DNA of 64,000 bases from Eledone cirrhosa (lineage: Eukaryota). The notes beneath the pieces are model-generated. The model worked only from the letters and a program-made list of their open reading frames with translations. It made no database searches and was not told the DNA's origin. This document shows positions 40,732 to 56,733 of this stretch, piece after piece. Positions within the stretch are counted from its first letter, which is position 1; each line of letters starts with the position of its first letter. A program made the translations under genes and the position numbers. Location: the NCBI GenBank assembly GCA_964016885.1, contig OZ024754.1, forward strand, positions 8,866,001-8,930,000, written 5' to 3'.

Positions 40732-40770
<39 letters not shown>

Positions 40771-40782
40771 TATATACATACA

Positions 40783-41706
40783 CATAAGGTGTGTCTGAAA
40801 AGTAACATGACTTAGTGAGGTGTGTTAGCTATGAGTGGGTGTAGGGGGTTAGCGGATTGCGTCACCGTGTGACGTAATATCCGGGGAGGAGTATATTACT
40901 GCGATCTCAGCTCTCTGCATCCATTGTATGTTGTTGTTGTTGTTTCTTTTTTGTTGTTTTTTTGTTGTTGTTTTTTTTTTGGGGGGGGGGGGGTCTTTTA
41001 TTAACAGCTACTCGATTTTAGGCAGTCTAGCGATGGGCACAGAGCAACAAACCAACCTGAAGGTTCCGGTCTAGCGGGGAAAAACTCCCTCAGAAGCACT
41101 CAGAATACTGCAGCAAGTTTACGGAGATGAGATGATGTCACGCTCACGGATTTTCGAGTAGCACAAAAGGTTTAAAGGGAGGCGAGGATGTGGAAGACGA
41201 ACCTAAGAGCGAGAGGCCTTCAACGAGAAGGATTGAGGCCAACGTTGAGCACATGAGGTATGTGTGTTGGGTGGCGATCGTCGGCTGACTGTGTGGACAG
41301 ATAGGTGGGCATGAACCGCGACAGCGTTTGGAAGATTATCACAAAAGATTTGGGCATGCGGAAGATCGCCGGCTCATAATGCCCTGAACATCTGGCAGTT
41401 CCTGGCCGTGAAGAACATCGCCATACTGGAACAACCTCCTTATTCACCTCATCTTGCTCCGTTCTTTTTCCCAAGCTCAAGGGAGTCATCAAGGGGACTT
41501 GTTTTGAAGGTGTGGAGGCCATCAAGAGGGTCATAATGAAGGAGGTGAGGAGCATCAAAAAAGAATTCTTCTAGCAGTGCATAGAAGCGTAGCAGAGAAG
41601 GATGAAAAAGTGCATTAGACTCGAAGGGGAAACCATGTAGTTTATTGTTTGGAATTGAAATAAATTGTTTGTAACACGAGTCCCGTTACTTTTCAGACAG
41701 ACTTCG
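40783..41706 (+). mobile_element. Decayed, internally deleted mariner transposon
   Basis: TIRs TGTCTGAAAAGTAAC / GTTACTTTTCAGACA; transposase remnants QQVYGDEMMSRSRIFE*HKRFK and PPYSPHLAP (YSPDLAP motif). Confidence 0.85.
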
Positions 41707-41761
41707 TATATATATATATATATATATGTGTATGTGTATGTGTATGTGTATGTGTGTGTGT

Positions 41762-41852
<91 letters not shown>

Positions 41853-43298
41853 TTTGTATGTGTACACATATAATTTTATTTATATATATATATGTAAATA
41901 TATATATAAATATACATACGCACATATATATATACACACATATATGAGTGTAAATAATAATTACAAATAAACATGTCGATCACAACTGACAGTTGATTAA
42001 ATTCTTATCCGGTTCTTCAATGGTGCCACCACGGTTACAACAACAACAACAACAACAGCAAAGGGTGGTAACCGGATCACAAAGAAAATAGATGTAAAAG
42101 GAGAAACAAACAAACAAAAAAACTCAACGAAGCAGGAATAATAGCGTACACATTATCAGAAGCAATGATTATCAACTGACAATACAAGCTGGGTTGATGA
42201 TTGTCTTAACAGCAGGTTGTTGACTCCCACGCTTCAGTGTTGCCCCTAATTTCCCCCTCTCACTCTTCTCTCTCTCCCCCCATCTCTGTGTTTAGAGCCT
42301 CCTGTCTCTCTCATCCATTCTATTTTTCACCTTGACATATATCAGAGTACACATTTATAGACATACAGAAATATACGCATGTTTGCGTATATTTCTGTAT
42401 ATGCCTATATTCATACAAGTCTGATAGTATCGGTAGAGGAGTCGGGCATGCTTTCCAGCGTAGTTACGTTCCTTTACGATCTGAGTTTAAATCCCGCCAA
42501 GGTTAACTTTGCCTTTCATCCTTACGGGCTCGATAAAATAAAGTACCAGTAATGTACTGGGTAATTAGTGGCCTTGTGCCAAAAGTAGAAACAATTATAT
42601 ATATATATACATACATATACGTACATATACATAGACATACATACATATATATACATATATACATATTTGCAAACATATACACATACATATACATATTTAT
42701 ATATATATATATATGCATTCCCTATTTTGAATTTATATTCTAAAGACTTAGCCATGCGGACTTTTATTAAAACTATCATATAATAGACAAAACACCGCTC
42801 GGCCTGTTTTATACAGACATTTAAATTGATTGATTACATAAATAAATACACACATATACGGCCAACTGAACATCTTATACCAAGCGCTGATTTCAACAGT
42901 TTTCCAAGCTATGGCAACCTGAACAGACCTCTCCAAGAAGTCTTCTTTTTTTAAGTTTCTGCCACTGCTCTAGCTTCCTATTTCTTCTTTAGTTTCTCAT
43001 TCAATTTTCTGATGAAAGACTACCAACCGAAACGTTAAGACTCTTTCTTTACTATATCAAGCGTAAAATTAATATATTTCTTCATTGTACTGTGTCGATT
43101 GCTTTGTTGTTTTCTGTTTACTTTTTGCATACACACACGCACACGCACACACATATGTATATATATATATACACAAATGTATATATATACATATATATAC
43201 ATATATACACAAATGTATATATATACATATATATATATACACATGTATATATATACATATATATATATACACATGTATATATATATATATATACACAA

Positions 43299-43337
<39 letters not shown>

Positions 43338-43460
43338 AATGTATATATATATATATATACACACAAATGTATATATATATACACAAATGTATATATATAT
43401 ATATATACATGCATACACAAATGTATATATATATATACATGTATACACATGTATACACAA

Positions 43461-43503
<43 letters not shown>

Positions 43504-43504
43504 A

Positions 43505-43545
<41 letters not shown>

Positions 43546-43546
43546 A

Positions 43547-43585
<39 letters not shown>

Positions 43586-43858
43586 AATGTATATATATAT
43601 ATATATACACAAATGTATATATATATATATATGCACACAAATGTATATATATATATATGCACACAAATGTATATATATATATATGCACACAAATGTGTAT
43701 ATATATATATATGCACACAAATGTGTATATATATATATATATATGCACACAAATGTATATATATATATATATGCACACAAATGTATATATATATATATGC
43801 ACACAAATGTGTATATATATATATATGCACACAAATGTATATATATATATGCACACAA

Positions 43859-43899
<41 letters not shown>

Positions 43900-43954
43900 T
43901 ATATACATATATACACAAATACACAAATGTATATATATATATATATACACACAA

Positions 43955-43990
<36 letters not shown>

Positions 43991-44299
43991 TTCTAAGTAT
44001 ATACATATACACATATACACATATATGAGTACATTCATATATATATATATATATACACACACATATATATCTGTGTGTATGTGTGTGCGTCGGTGAGTAT
44101 GTATGTGTGTGTGGGTGGGTAGTGGGGGGGGGGCGTCAGTTGTCATCTAACTGAAATGGTATAGTGTATTTAGAAGTGAGATAGCTACCCTTTGTCGGAA
44201 TATTTAAACAGTTATTGAACAGATGTCAAGTCTTGAGAAATGATGTAGAATACAAATTATACAGATCGATATTTCCCCCCCCACCCCACCCACTCCACA

Positions 44300-45410
44300 T
44301 CATCACCGGCATCACTACCATCATCAAAACTACAACCATCACCACCCCACCATTAACATCATCAAAACTTCTACCACCACCACCACCATCATCAAACTTC
44401 CACCACCGCCACCACCACCAACACTACCATCATCAAAACTACCACCACCACCACCACTACCATCATCAAAACTACCACCACTACCATCATCAAAACTACC
44501 ACCACCACTACCAACACCACTACCATCATCAAAACTACCACCACCACCACTACCATCATCATAACTACGACCACCACCACCATCATCAAAACTACCACCA
44601 CCACCACCACCACTACCATCATCATAACTACGACCACCACCACCACCACCACTACCATCATCAAAACTACCACCACCACCACCACCACCACCATCAAAAC
44701 TACCACCATCACTACCATCATCAACACCACCACCATCACTACCATCATCAACACCACCACCATCACCACCATCATCAACACCACCACTACCATCATCAAA
44801 ACTACCACCACCACCACCACCACCACCACTACCATCATCAAAACTACCACCACCACCACTACCATCATCAAAACTACCACCACCACCACTACCGTCATCA
44901 AAACTACCACCACCACCACTACCGTCATCAAAACTACCACCACCACCACTACCATCATCAACACCACCACTACTATCATTAAAACCACCACCACCATCAT
45001 AACTACCACCACCACCACCATCATCATAACTACCACCACCACTACCATCATCAACGCCACCACTACTATCATTAAAACTACCACCACCACCACTACCATC
45101 ATCAAAACTACCACCATCACTACCATCATCAACGCCACCACTACTATCATTAAAACCACCACCACCATCATAACTACCACCACCACCACCATCATCATAA
45201 CTACCACCACCACTACCATCATCAACGCCACCACTACTATCATTAAAACCACCACCACCACCAACATCAAAACTACCACCATCACTACCATCATCAACAC
45301 TACCACCATCACTACCATCATCAACACCACCACTACTATCATTAAAACCACCACCACCACCACAACTACCACCACCACCACCACCACCACCATAACTACC
45401 ACTACCACCA
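44300..45410. repeat. (CAC/CAT)n compound trinucleotide repeat
   Basis: Direct inspection. Confidence 0.92.
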
Positions 45411-45574
45411 TATTGAGTATATGTTGGTTGTATACCAACACCTCAGTAAGCAGATTGATATGATTCCAGTTCCTCAATGAAACAACAACCCAACCAGGAA
45501 CTGGGCATATCAGAGTATTGACAAAGTTAAACACCTCAACAACATGTATACTCGTCTCTACCACACTAATTCGG

Positions 45575-45629
45575 ACTGCCTGAAGAGGTCACAACCAAAG
45601 ATGGTTGTCACCGAAATATATATAGCAGT
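45575..45629 (+). ncRNA. Minimal type-I hammerhead ribozyme motif, best conserved in the window
   Basis: ACTGC-CTGAAGA-GGTCACAACC(aaagat)GGTTGTCACC-GAAA-TATATA-TA-GCAGT, immediately followed by AATAAA. Confidence 0.88.
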
Positions 45630-45693
45630 AATAAACGAAGCCAAATTTTAAACATTTGACTTATTTATTTTATTTTATATATATATATATATA

Positions 45694-46112
45694 TTAAAAT
45701 AACAGATTAAAGTTTAAGCAAAGAATCGATGCTTTCACCCTTAACGGGATCCGTTAAGGGTGAAAGCAGCGATTCTTTGCTTAAACTTTAATCTGTTATT
45801 TTAATAAATATTTGCTCTACGGTTCTTATATATTTGATATATATTTATCCTTATCGAGCCCTCTTTGGATTTTAGTCTTCAAATTTATTATTATTACTAT
45901 ATATATATATATATATATATAGGAACCAGTAAGACCCCGACAGCTGAGCTCAAGCCGTTTCGACGGCTAATTCTGGACTCAGAATTAGCCGTCGAAACGG
46001 CTTGAGCTCAGCTGTCGGGGTCTTACTGGTTCCTATTACCCACTCTACTACCTCAAGTATTGAGTACTTTGGTGCGTTATGGTCCACCTGGTTCCTTACC
46101 ACATTTCCTTCG

Positions 46113-46114
<2 letters not shown>
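45694..46114. mobile_element. Adjacent family B and family C fold-back elements separated by (TA)n
   Basis: B at 45694-45898, C at 45921-46114, each palindromic. Confidence 0.82.
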
Positions 46115-46155
<41 letters not shown>

Positions 46156-46633
46156 AGTATTGCGGATGTTTTAAATATTGGTATTTCCTATAAATTGTTT
46201 CTTCTGCAAATGAAACCATGGTAGGGGGAGATCTTTATATAAACGAGACTAAAACATTTTTCTGTCTGGCCTATATTTTTCTCATTTAAGTTTAATATGT
46301 AATATTTCTTCTCTCAGTGATAACTTAATTATATATTGTATCCGCTCATTGAGATGTTTAAGTATTAGAGACTAATTAACCTTTAATTTAAATATATACA
46401 CATATACATATATATATATGCATACATACATATACACATATACATATATATACACACACACACATACATACATTTATATACACACACACATACATATATA
46501 TACACACACACACATATATATATACATATATATACACACACACACATATATATATACATATATATACACACACACACATATATATATATACATATATATA
46601 CACACACACACATATATATATATACATATATAT

Positions 46634-46676
<43 letters not shown>

Positions 46677-46697
46677 TATATATATATACATATATAT

Positions 46698-46728
<31 letters not shown>

Positions 46729-46897
46729 CATATATATATACACACACACACATATATATATATATACATATATATACACACACACACATATATATATATA
46801 CATATATATACACACACACACACATATATATATATACATATATATACACACACACACATATATATATATACATATATATACACACACACACATATAC

Positions 46898-46934
<37 letters not shown>

Positions 46935-46935
46935 T

Positions 46936-47230
46936 TCCCACCATGGTTGGTCAGCGTAACATTGAATGTATAAACCACTTCCAATACCTTAGCAGCAACA
47001 TCTCTGACGATGGGGATGCTGAGGTGGATGTGCGCACAAGGCTGGGAAAAGCAGCGGCGGTCTTCCAGCGACTCCGTCCGTTATGGTCCAGGTGTTCCAT
47101 CGGCAACGCCGTCAAATTCCGTGTTTACATGTCCATTGTAGAACCAACAGCGATATATGCCTGTGAGTCATGGAAGAGTACGGAAAGTGTATGTAACAAG
47201 CTTGATGTATTCCACCGTCGTTGCATTCAA
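46936..47230 (+). mobile_element. RTE-type LINE RT thumb fragment
   Basis: [35 protein letters not shown]. Confidence 0.85.
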
Positions 47231-47342
47231 GGAAATCCGTTTAAAATGTTCAATGGACCGCATTAGGCGATTTAGCGATCTCTCTCTATAATTCTTAGTC
47301 TTTCTCTTTTTAGATAGATACATACATATAACATCGCACCCT

Positions 47343-47394
47343 TATAATATCTGTCTGTATGTCTGCATTACGTCATTTCCCTGATGATGATGAT

Positions 47395-47466
<72 letters not shown>

Positions 47467-48050
47467 CCCTAAAACTCGAGAAGTACCCAACCGATGTTTT
47501 TAAAACTTTACATGTGTATTACTTATGTTTCAGGGAGTGTTGCGCACATAAAATTGAACATTTTGATCTCCTAGGACCCGCATTAGGTGAAAAACTGCGT
47601 TTTTTAAGCTTTTTAGGGGTTTTTTCAGGCGTTACGTCAGACCGATTTCCTTGAAATTGTAACTATGTATTAGTCAGTCTCTTCTTCATACCGTGAGCAC
47701 AGAACATCCAACTTTTTTATGGCCTAGGACCCGCATTAGGTGAAAAACATTTTTTTCCAGCTTTTTAGGGCTTTTTGGAGGTGTTACGTCTAGCCGATTT
47801 TCCTGAAATTTCAAAGCAAATTATGCACATTAAAAAAATTCATTTTCTTGATCCCCTAGGGCCCGCATTAGGTGAAAACCTGCATTTTTCCTGCTTCATC
47901 GAGGAAAATCTTAAAGATTATTCAGCCATCAGAGTATTCGGTTTATTTTCTTGACATATTGTCCAGGCATGCAGTTTTTCCACGAATAGGTCTGTTGGCG
48001 GCCCGCGTTCCAAAATACCTTATCCCATGCAACGCCGGGTACCACTGCTA

Positions 48051-48052
<2 letters not shown>
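47343..48052 (+). mobile_element. Non-autonomous Helitron/Helentron-like element
   Basis: 5' TCTG/GT microsatellite, three internal CTAGG.CCCGCATTAGGTGAAAA repeats, 3' GCAACGCCGGGTACCACTGCTAGT. Confidence 0.65.
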
Positions 48053-48115
<63 letters not shown>

Positions 48116-48430
48116 CACGTATGTATAATTATAGTTATGTATCAGCTGTGCTAGAGCGAGAAATAAAATTCTAATTATATATATGTGTGTGTGTGTGTAT
48201 ACATATATATATATGTGTATGTGTATTTTTATATATACATATACCTTTACAAAGTATATTAATGACGCAATATCGATTTCTAAGACAGAAACACGGGTTT
48301 GAATTGAAGGGTTCGATTGGTGAATGGGCGCATGAACTAATTGATTGATTTCATTCTTGTCGCTATGGAATTGATTACTGTCAAAGAAAATAGCCTCTTG
48401 GTGGTTTTAAGATGTAATTATACATGTAGT

Positions 48431-48462
<32 letters not shown>

Positions 48463-48682
48463 CCTTTCTGTATTTAGTGTGGTTATGGTATAAGTAAGGC
48501 CACTGCCTTCAGTCGGTTTTCTTGGTGTCCCACTTTTCAAGTTTTGTGTTTATCAGGACATATGATATGAATAACATAAGGTAAAAAAACAACCCCTGTT
48601 TCTGACGATTTAATTATTTTCTGTCCAAACCCGCATTGTCTTGGCTTTCAAATTTCGAATTCTTTAGATATATATGTATATA

Positions 48683-48827
<145 letters not shown>

Positions 48828-49389
48828 TGCGAAAAATCATCGAAAAAACAATAGTGGAACGATAAAGCACAGTGAAGGTATTGCTCAAGCGTCTTGCTCA
48901 ACAGCACAACATGGTTCAATCCAAATATCTCACTCTTAGGCCAGTCGCCTTCACCTGGGTGATCTTGTCAACTCAGATAGGGATTTCTGATTTAAACACA
49001 AGGCCAGCAAATTTGAAGGAACGATGAAGTCGATTAAATCAATCCCAGTGCTTGACTGGTTGTTTATTTTATCGACCTCGAAGGATGAAAGGCAAAGTTG
49101 ACCACGGTGGCATTTGAACTCAGAATGCAAAGAGCCAGAACAAATGTTACACTTGCATCATATCCGACGCTCTACCGATTCTGCCAGTCCACCGTCGTCT
49201 TTATGTCTATTCAGATATTTACTAACTATTGGTAGACATTCTGAGTTGGTTCAGTGTCAACTCCGATATAAGCTGTTAGTGGACCTGATGTGACACAGAG
49301 TGCTCTATCAACTATCTACAATCTCAGACACGCCCTCCACTATCTATACTGCTACCTTCAACTCCTTCGTTGGCTTATATTCTCAGTTG

Positions 49390-49482
49390 ATATTGATGAT
49401 GATGATGATGACGATGTTAATGACTGTTGATGAAGCTGATGATGATGACGATGATGATGAAGTTAATGACTGTTGATGAAGC

Positions 49483-49520
<38 letters not shown>

Positions 49521-50342
49521 TTAATGACTGTTGATGAAGCTGATGATGATGATGATGATGATGAAGTTAATGACTTGATGAAGCTGATGATGATGATGAT
49601 GATGATGATGATGTTAATGACTGTTGATGAAGCTGATGATGATGATGATGATGGTGAAGTTAATGACTTGATGAAGCTGATGATGATGATGATGATGATG
49701 ATGATGTTAATGACTGTTGATGAAGCTGATGATGATGATGATGATGATGATGAAGTTAATGACTGTTGATGAAGCTGATGATGATGATGATGATGATGAT
49801 GAAGTTAATGACTGTTGATGAAGCTGATGATGATGATGATGATGATGATGAAGTTAATGACTGTTGATGAAGCTGATGATGATGATGATGATGATGATGA
49901 AGTTAATGACTTGATGAAGCTGATGATGATGATGATGATGGTGAAGTTAATGACTTGATGAAGCTGATGATGATGATGATGATGATGATGAAGTTAATGA
50001 CTTGATGAAGCTGATGATGATGATGATGATGATGAAGTTAATGACTTGATGAAGCTGATGATGATGATGATGATGAAGTTAATGACTTGATGAAGCTGAT
50101 GATGATGATGATGATGATGAAGTTAATGACTTGATGAAGCTGATGATGATGATGATGATGAAGTTAATGACTTGATGAAGCTGATGATGATGATGATGAT
50201 GATGAAGTTAATGACTTGATGAAGCTGATGATGATGATGATGATGATGATGAAGTTAATGACTGTTGATGAAGCTGATGATGATGATGATGATGATGATG
50301 ACTATGGTAATAATGATGATGAAGAAGACGATAATGATAATG
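49390..50342. repeat. (GAT)n-based variable-length minisatellite
   Basis: Recurring GTTAATGACT(GT)TGATGAAGCT spacer. Confidence 0.92.
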
Positions 50343-50476
50343 GTTATCTCAGTGTATTACTGGTACTTTATTTTATCGACCCCCGTGAGGATGAAAGGCA
50401 AAGTTAACCTCGGCCGGATTTGACCTCAGAACGTAAAGGGCCGTAATGATAATGATGACAAAGACAACTACAATGA

Positions 50477-52203
50477 CGATGGTGATATTGCTGATAATGA
50501 TGACAAAACGATGGTGATAAGGGTGATAATGATGACAATACGATGGTGATAAGGGTGATAATGGTGACAATACGATGGTGATAAGGGTGATAATGGTGAC
50601 AATACGATGGTGATAAGGCTGATAATGATGACAAAACGATGGTGATATTGCTGATAATGATGACAATACGATGGTGATAAGGGTGATAATGATGACAATA
50701 CGATGGTGATAAGGCTGATAATGATGACAAAACGATGGTGATATTGCTGATAATGATGACAATACGATGGTGATAAGGGTGATAATGATGACAATACGAT
50801 GGTGATAAGGCTGATAATGATGACAAAACGATGGTGATATTGCTGATAATGATGACAATACGATGGTGATAAGGGTGATAATGATGACAATACGATGGTG
50901 ATAAGGGTGATAATGATGACAAAACGATGGTGATAAGGGTGATAATGGTGACAATACGATGGTGATGAGGGTGATAATGATGACAATACGATGGTGATAT
51001 TGCTGATAATGATGACAATACGATGGTGATATTGCTGATAATGATGACAATACGATGGTGATAAGGGTGATAATGATGACAATACGATGGTGATATTGCT
51101 GATAATGATGACAATACGATGGTGATAAGGCTGATAATGATGACAAAACGATGGTGATAAGGGTGATAATGATGACAATACGATGGTGATATTGCTGATA
51201 ATGATGACAATACGATGGTGATATTGCTGATAATGATGACAATACGATGGTGATAAGGGTGATAATGATGACAATACGATGGTGATATTGCTGATAATGA
51301 TGACAATACGATGGTGATAAGGCTGATAATGATGACAAAACGATGGTGATAAGGGTGATAATGATGACAATACGATGGTGATAAGGGTGATAATGATGAC
51401 AAAACGATGGTGATATTGCTGATAATGATGACAATACGATGGTGATAAGGGTGATAATGATGACAATACGATGGTGATATTGCTGATAATGATGACAATA
51501 CGATGGTGATATTGCTGATAATGATGACAATACGATGGTGATATTGCTGATAATGATGACAATACGATGGTGATATTGCTGATAATGATGACAATACGAT
51601 GGTGATATTGCTGATAATGATGACAATACGATGGTGATAAGGGTGATAATGATGACAATACGATGGTGATATTTCTGATAATGATGACAAAACGATGGTG
51701 ATATTGCTGATAATGATGACAATACGATGGTGATAAGGCTGATAATGATGACAATACGATGGTGATAAGGGTGATAATGATGACAATACGATGGTGATAA
51801 GGGTGATAATGATGACAATACGATGGTGATAAGGGTGATAATGATGACAATACGATGGTGATAAGGGTGATAGTGATGACAAAACGATGGTGATAAGGGT
51901 GATAATGGTGACAATACGATGGTGATAAGGGTGATAATGATGACAATACGATGGTGATATTGCTGATAATGATGATAATACGATGGTGATAAGGGTGATA
52001 ATGATGACAATACGATGGTGATAATGCTGATAATGATGACAATACGATGGTGATAAGGGTGATAATGATGACAATACGATGGTGATATTGCTGATAATGA
52101 TGACAATACGATGGTGATATTGCTGATAATGATGACAATACGATGGTGATATTGCTGATAATGATGACAAAACGATGGTGATAAGGGTGATAATGATGAC
52201 AAT
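50477..52203. repeat. 32-bp minisatellite, about 54 copies
   Basis: GATGGTGATA[AGGG/TTGC/AGGC]TGATAATGATGACAA[T/A]AC. Confidence 0.95.
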
Positions 52204-52795
52204 AATTGACGCATGGTAGATTTTTCAGACTTATTTTAGGGAAAAAGTAGCATCTTCGAGGCCGGGAAATACGGTATATAAAGTGACCCAAGGAATCCTT
52301 GAGATAATTGTTTCTACTTTTGGCACAAAGCCAGCAATTATCTTAGTGTATTACTGGTACTTTATTTTATCGACTCCGTAAGGATGAAAGGCAAAGTTAA
52401 CCTCGGCGGGATCTGAACTCAGACCATAAAGGGCCGTAACTCTATGCTGCAAAGCATGGCGTCAGACCCTCTACCGATACTGAATAATGCTGATAATGAT
52501 GACAATAATGATGACAAAGACAACTACAATTACGATGGTGATGATAATGATGATGATGACAAAGACGATGGTGATATTGATGATAAATACTATTCAATGA
52601 ATGCTATTGAACAGCTCATGTGTTACGCCATTGATGACTCACACTAAACATTATCAATTCTATCAATATCCATACATAATCCAATATCACACACCTCTCT
52701 ATTACTCATGCATGATATCACCTCCCTCTATGCATGATATCAACCCCTCCCCCTCTCATATATATATATATATATAGTTCTATCTACCTACTTGC

Positions 52796-52878
<83 letters not shown>

Positions 52879-53516
52879 CACATGTGCGTACAGACATTCA
52901 TACATACGCACACATATACATATATACATACATACACATACACACATTCATACATACGCACACATATACATATATACATACATACACATACACACATTCA
53001 TACATACGCACACATATACATATATACATACATACACATACACACATTCATACATACGCACACATATACATATATACATACATACACACACACACACATT
53101 CATACATACGCACACATATACATATATACACACATATACGTACACACATTCATACATACGCACACATATACATATATACATACATACACATACACACACA
53201 CACACATCTACGTACACACATATATACATGACTTACTATTTGTCTCTATATCCTGCTATCTATAGCTTGACCACAATGACGTCATTGTTTCACTATGACG
53301 AATAACTCGTCTCCATATTTCTTCAGTTTTCACCGCCAGTTTCTTCCTCCACCTCCTCCTCATTCTTCTTAACTTTATTATCTCCCTTCTTTTCTACTCC
53401 CCCCTCCCACCCCTCTCTCTCTCTCTCTCTCTCTCTCATTCTCTCTAAACTCCCACCAATCCCACATCCACCTGCTTCTCTTTTTGTATGTGTGTGTATA
53501 TATTCATGCATCATAT

Positions 53517-53566
<50 letters not shown>

Positions 53567-53602
53567 GCGCACACATACACACACACACACATATATGCGT
53601 AC

Positions 53603-53650
<48 letters not shown>

Positions 53651-53947
53651 GCGCACACATACATACACACACACTATATATATATATATATACGCACACA
53701 TGCATACACACACATATATATATATACGCACACATACATACACACACACACATATATATATATGCACACATATATACACACACATAAATATATATATATA
53801 CGCACATATACACACACACACATACATATACGCACACATACATAAATACACACATATAAATATATATATACGCACATACACACACAAATATATATACGCG
53901 CACATACATACACACAAATATATATATACGCACACATACTCACACAC

Positions 53948-53978
<31 letters not shown>

Positions 53979-54091
53979 CGCACACGTATATACATGCACA
54001 AATATATATATATACGCACACGTATATACATACACAAATATATATATATATATATATATACGCACACATATATACATACGCATAAATAAAT

Positions 54092-54123
<32 letters not shown>

Positions 54124-54917
54124 GCGCTCACATACACACACATATATATACACAGATTACACACACATATATATATATACATTTATAAATTTATATATAT
54201 ACATACATATCTATATCTATATACATTTATATGTGCGTGTGCGTGTGTATGCGTATATTCTTGTATGTACATATATATACATACGTATGTATATTTTCCT
54301 ACGTATATACTTATATACACACACACACACACAAAAGTGTATAACCACATAAACTACATCCTTCGCCATTTTGTGATTCAATGCAGACGGTTTTCGACTC
54401 CTATTTTGCATATTTAGATAGTTTCGGAAGGTTTCGGATCTGAGCAAGTTTCATCATGTGATCTGCGCTAAATAAACAATGGATTCGAAATATTGTGAGT
54501 TTTTTACCCGACTTTTCACCTCCCCTGTTTTTCACATCCCTCCACCATCTCACCCAGCCATTATCTTCATTTTCAGGGCTTCATTATCTTCCTACTTCCT
54601 CTAACCTTAACCCTAACTCTTGCTCAGTTATTGTCTAGGGTGGTGGATTGGCAGAATCGGTAGAGAGTCGGACACCAAGCTTTCCAGAACTCTTGCTCAG
54701 TCATTGTCTAGGGTGGTGGGTTGGCAGTATCGGTAGAGGGTCGGACACCAAGCTTTCCAGCATAGTTACCTCGCTTTACAGTCTGAGTTCAAATCCCGCT
54801 GAGGTTACCTTTGCTTTTCATCCTTACGGGGGTCGATAAAATAAAGTACTAGTAATGTTGGCCTTGTGCCAAAAGTAGAAACAATTATTTCAAGGATTCC
54901 TTGGGTCACTTTATATA

Positions 54918-55085
54918 CCGTATCTCCCGGCGTCGAAGATGCTCCTTTTTCCCTAAAATAAGTCAAAAATCTACCATGCGTCCTGGGGGCCGAAGGTTGT
55001 TTATTATTTTTTTTTTAAATCTTTGGTTGTCAAAATTAGGGTGCGTCCTCGAGGACGAAGCGTCTTCGGTGCCGGGAAAATACGG
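54918..55085. mobile_element. Pogo/Tc-type MITE (half copy at about 52209-52274)
   Basis: TIRs CCGTATCTCCCGGC / GCCGGGAAAATACGG, TA flanks. Confidence 0.75.
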
Positions 55086-56351
55086 TACTTTCTTTGTTCC
55101 GGCTCTCTACGCAGTGAGGTCAACTTTGTCTTTTCGGGGTCGATAAATAAACTACTAGTGCAACGATAAATAAAGTTCCAGTCCTTTCTCGTTTCCAGCT
55201 GTTACGTTCTGGATATAATGGATGGACTACGGGAGAACATGTCGACAGCATATCTATGTCTGCAGGCGACTGCATGGACAGCCTAAAACTCTTAGCAGGC
55301 CCATGGTACTTACTAACAAGTGTTTCTCCATTACACATCATTATTGCATTAGTTACTAAGAAGAAATAAGATGGCGCCCATGACAATCTTTTGTGACCTT
55401 CCTCACCGGTTGGAGGAAGGGAAGAAGTTATCCTCAAATTATAGATCTGATTCGAATAATTACAACACAGCAGACACTCAAGTCTACTTCACCAAGAAGA
55501 GAAACAATACTTTCGAAGGGCTTCTACGTAGTTTCTGTCAACTAACTTTCATTCAGAAGGCTTTAGTCGCACAGATTTTATAGTACGGAAAAAAAACCCA
55601 GTTGTTCCAATGGGCTACGCAGTAGGACCGAATCTGGTATCAGGTAGTTGAGAAGTAAGCATCTTAATCACACAACATCGGCAGCATGTCAATGTAAAGG
55701 GCCATAACTCTATACTGCAAAGCATGTTGTTCGATGCTCTACCGATACTGCCAATCCACCGCTCTCCTGCCTCTTATAATAATTGCTCCTGATTTAGGCA
55801 CATAGCCAGCAATTTCGGCAGGTGGCAAATCGATTAAATTGACCCTAGAACATGACTGGTACATTATTTTAACGAACGGTCAGGTTTAGCAAGATTCAGA
55901 CATGACATACTTTCCCAAGTATATCAATGACACAATGTTGATTTCTAACATTGGTATAAGGGCAGCATTTTAGGGAAAGAGCGAAGTTGATTATATAGGC
56001 CTCAGTACGTAACTGGTATTGTATTTCTAGATGTAACTCTGAATCTCAACTCAGGTCTGGTCGAGCCCTACATGAAAATAATTGTTTCTACTTTAGGCAC
56101 AAGGCCAGCAATTACCCAGTTCATTACTGGTACTTTATTTTATCGACCACGTAAGGATGAAAGGCAAAGTCAACCTCGGGGGGATTTGAACTCAGATCGT
56201 AAAGGGACGTAACTATGCTGGAAAGCATGGCGTCCGACCCTCTACCGATACTGCCAATCTACCGCCCTACATGGAAATAATGAAAACTTATGTGTGTGTG
56301 TGTGTATGTGTGCGTATATATATATATATTTATGTGTGTATGTATGTGTGC

Positions 56352-56396
<45 letters not shown>

Positions 56397-56570
56397 CATG
56401 TGTGCGTACATATATATATATATATTTATGTGTGTGTGTATGTATGTGTTCGTATATATATATATATATTTATGTGTGTGTGTATGTATGTGTGCGTATA
56501 TATATATATATATATTTATGTGTGTGTGTATGTATGTGTGCGTATATATATATATATATATATATATATC

Positions 56571-56733
56571 GTATATCAACTATCAATCTAACCATCCTAA
56601 ATCTAAAATTAACTCTATAGTTAAAAACGTATGCCTTAGGATAGCCCACCTATCACCCGCTCTAGAAATATTTAATGAACACGTCGAGTATTTTAACGAT
56701 GCATTACGAAAAGCAGGGATAGGGGTGAGCTAA
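56571..56733 (+). mobile_element. Penelope-like element reverse transcriptase thumb fragment
   Basis: YINYQSNHPKSKINSIVKNVCLRIAHLS..F....YFNDALRKAG matches the PLE Y...S.HP...R..LS....L..GY pattern; begins at a (TA)n tract. Confidence 0.72.

Noticed and set aside
44215-44982. His-rich protein
   Set aside because: (CAC/CAT)n microsatellite with no splice or start context
50373-52291. About 600-aa ORFs
   Set aside because: 32-bp minisatellite read in three frames
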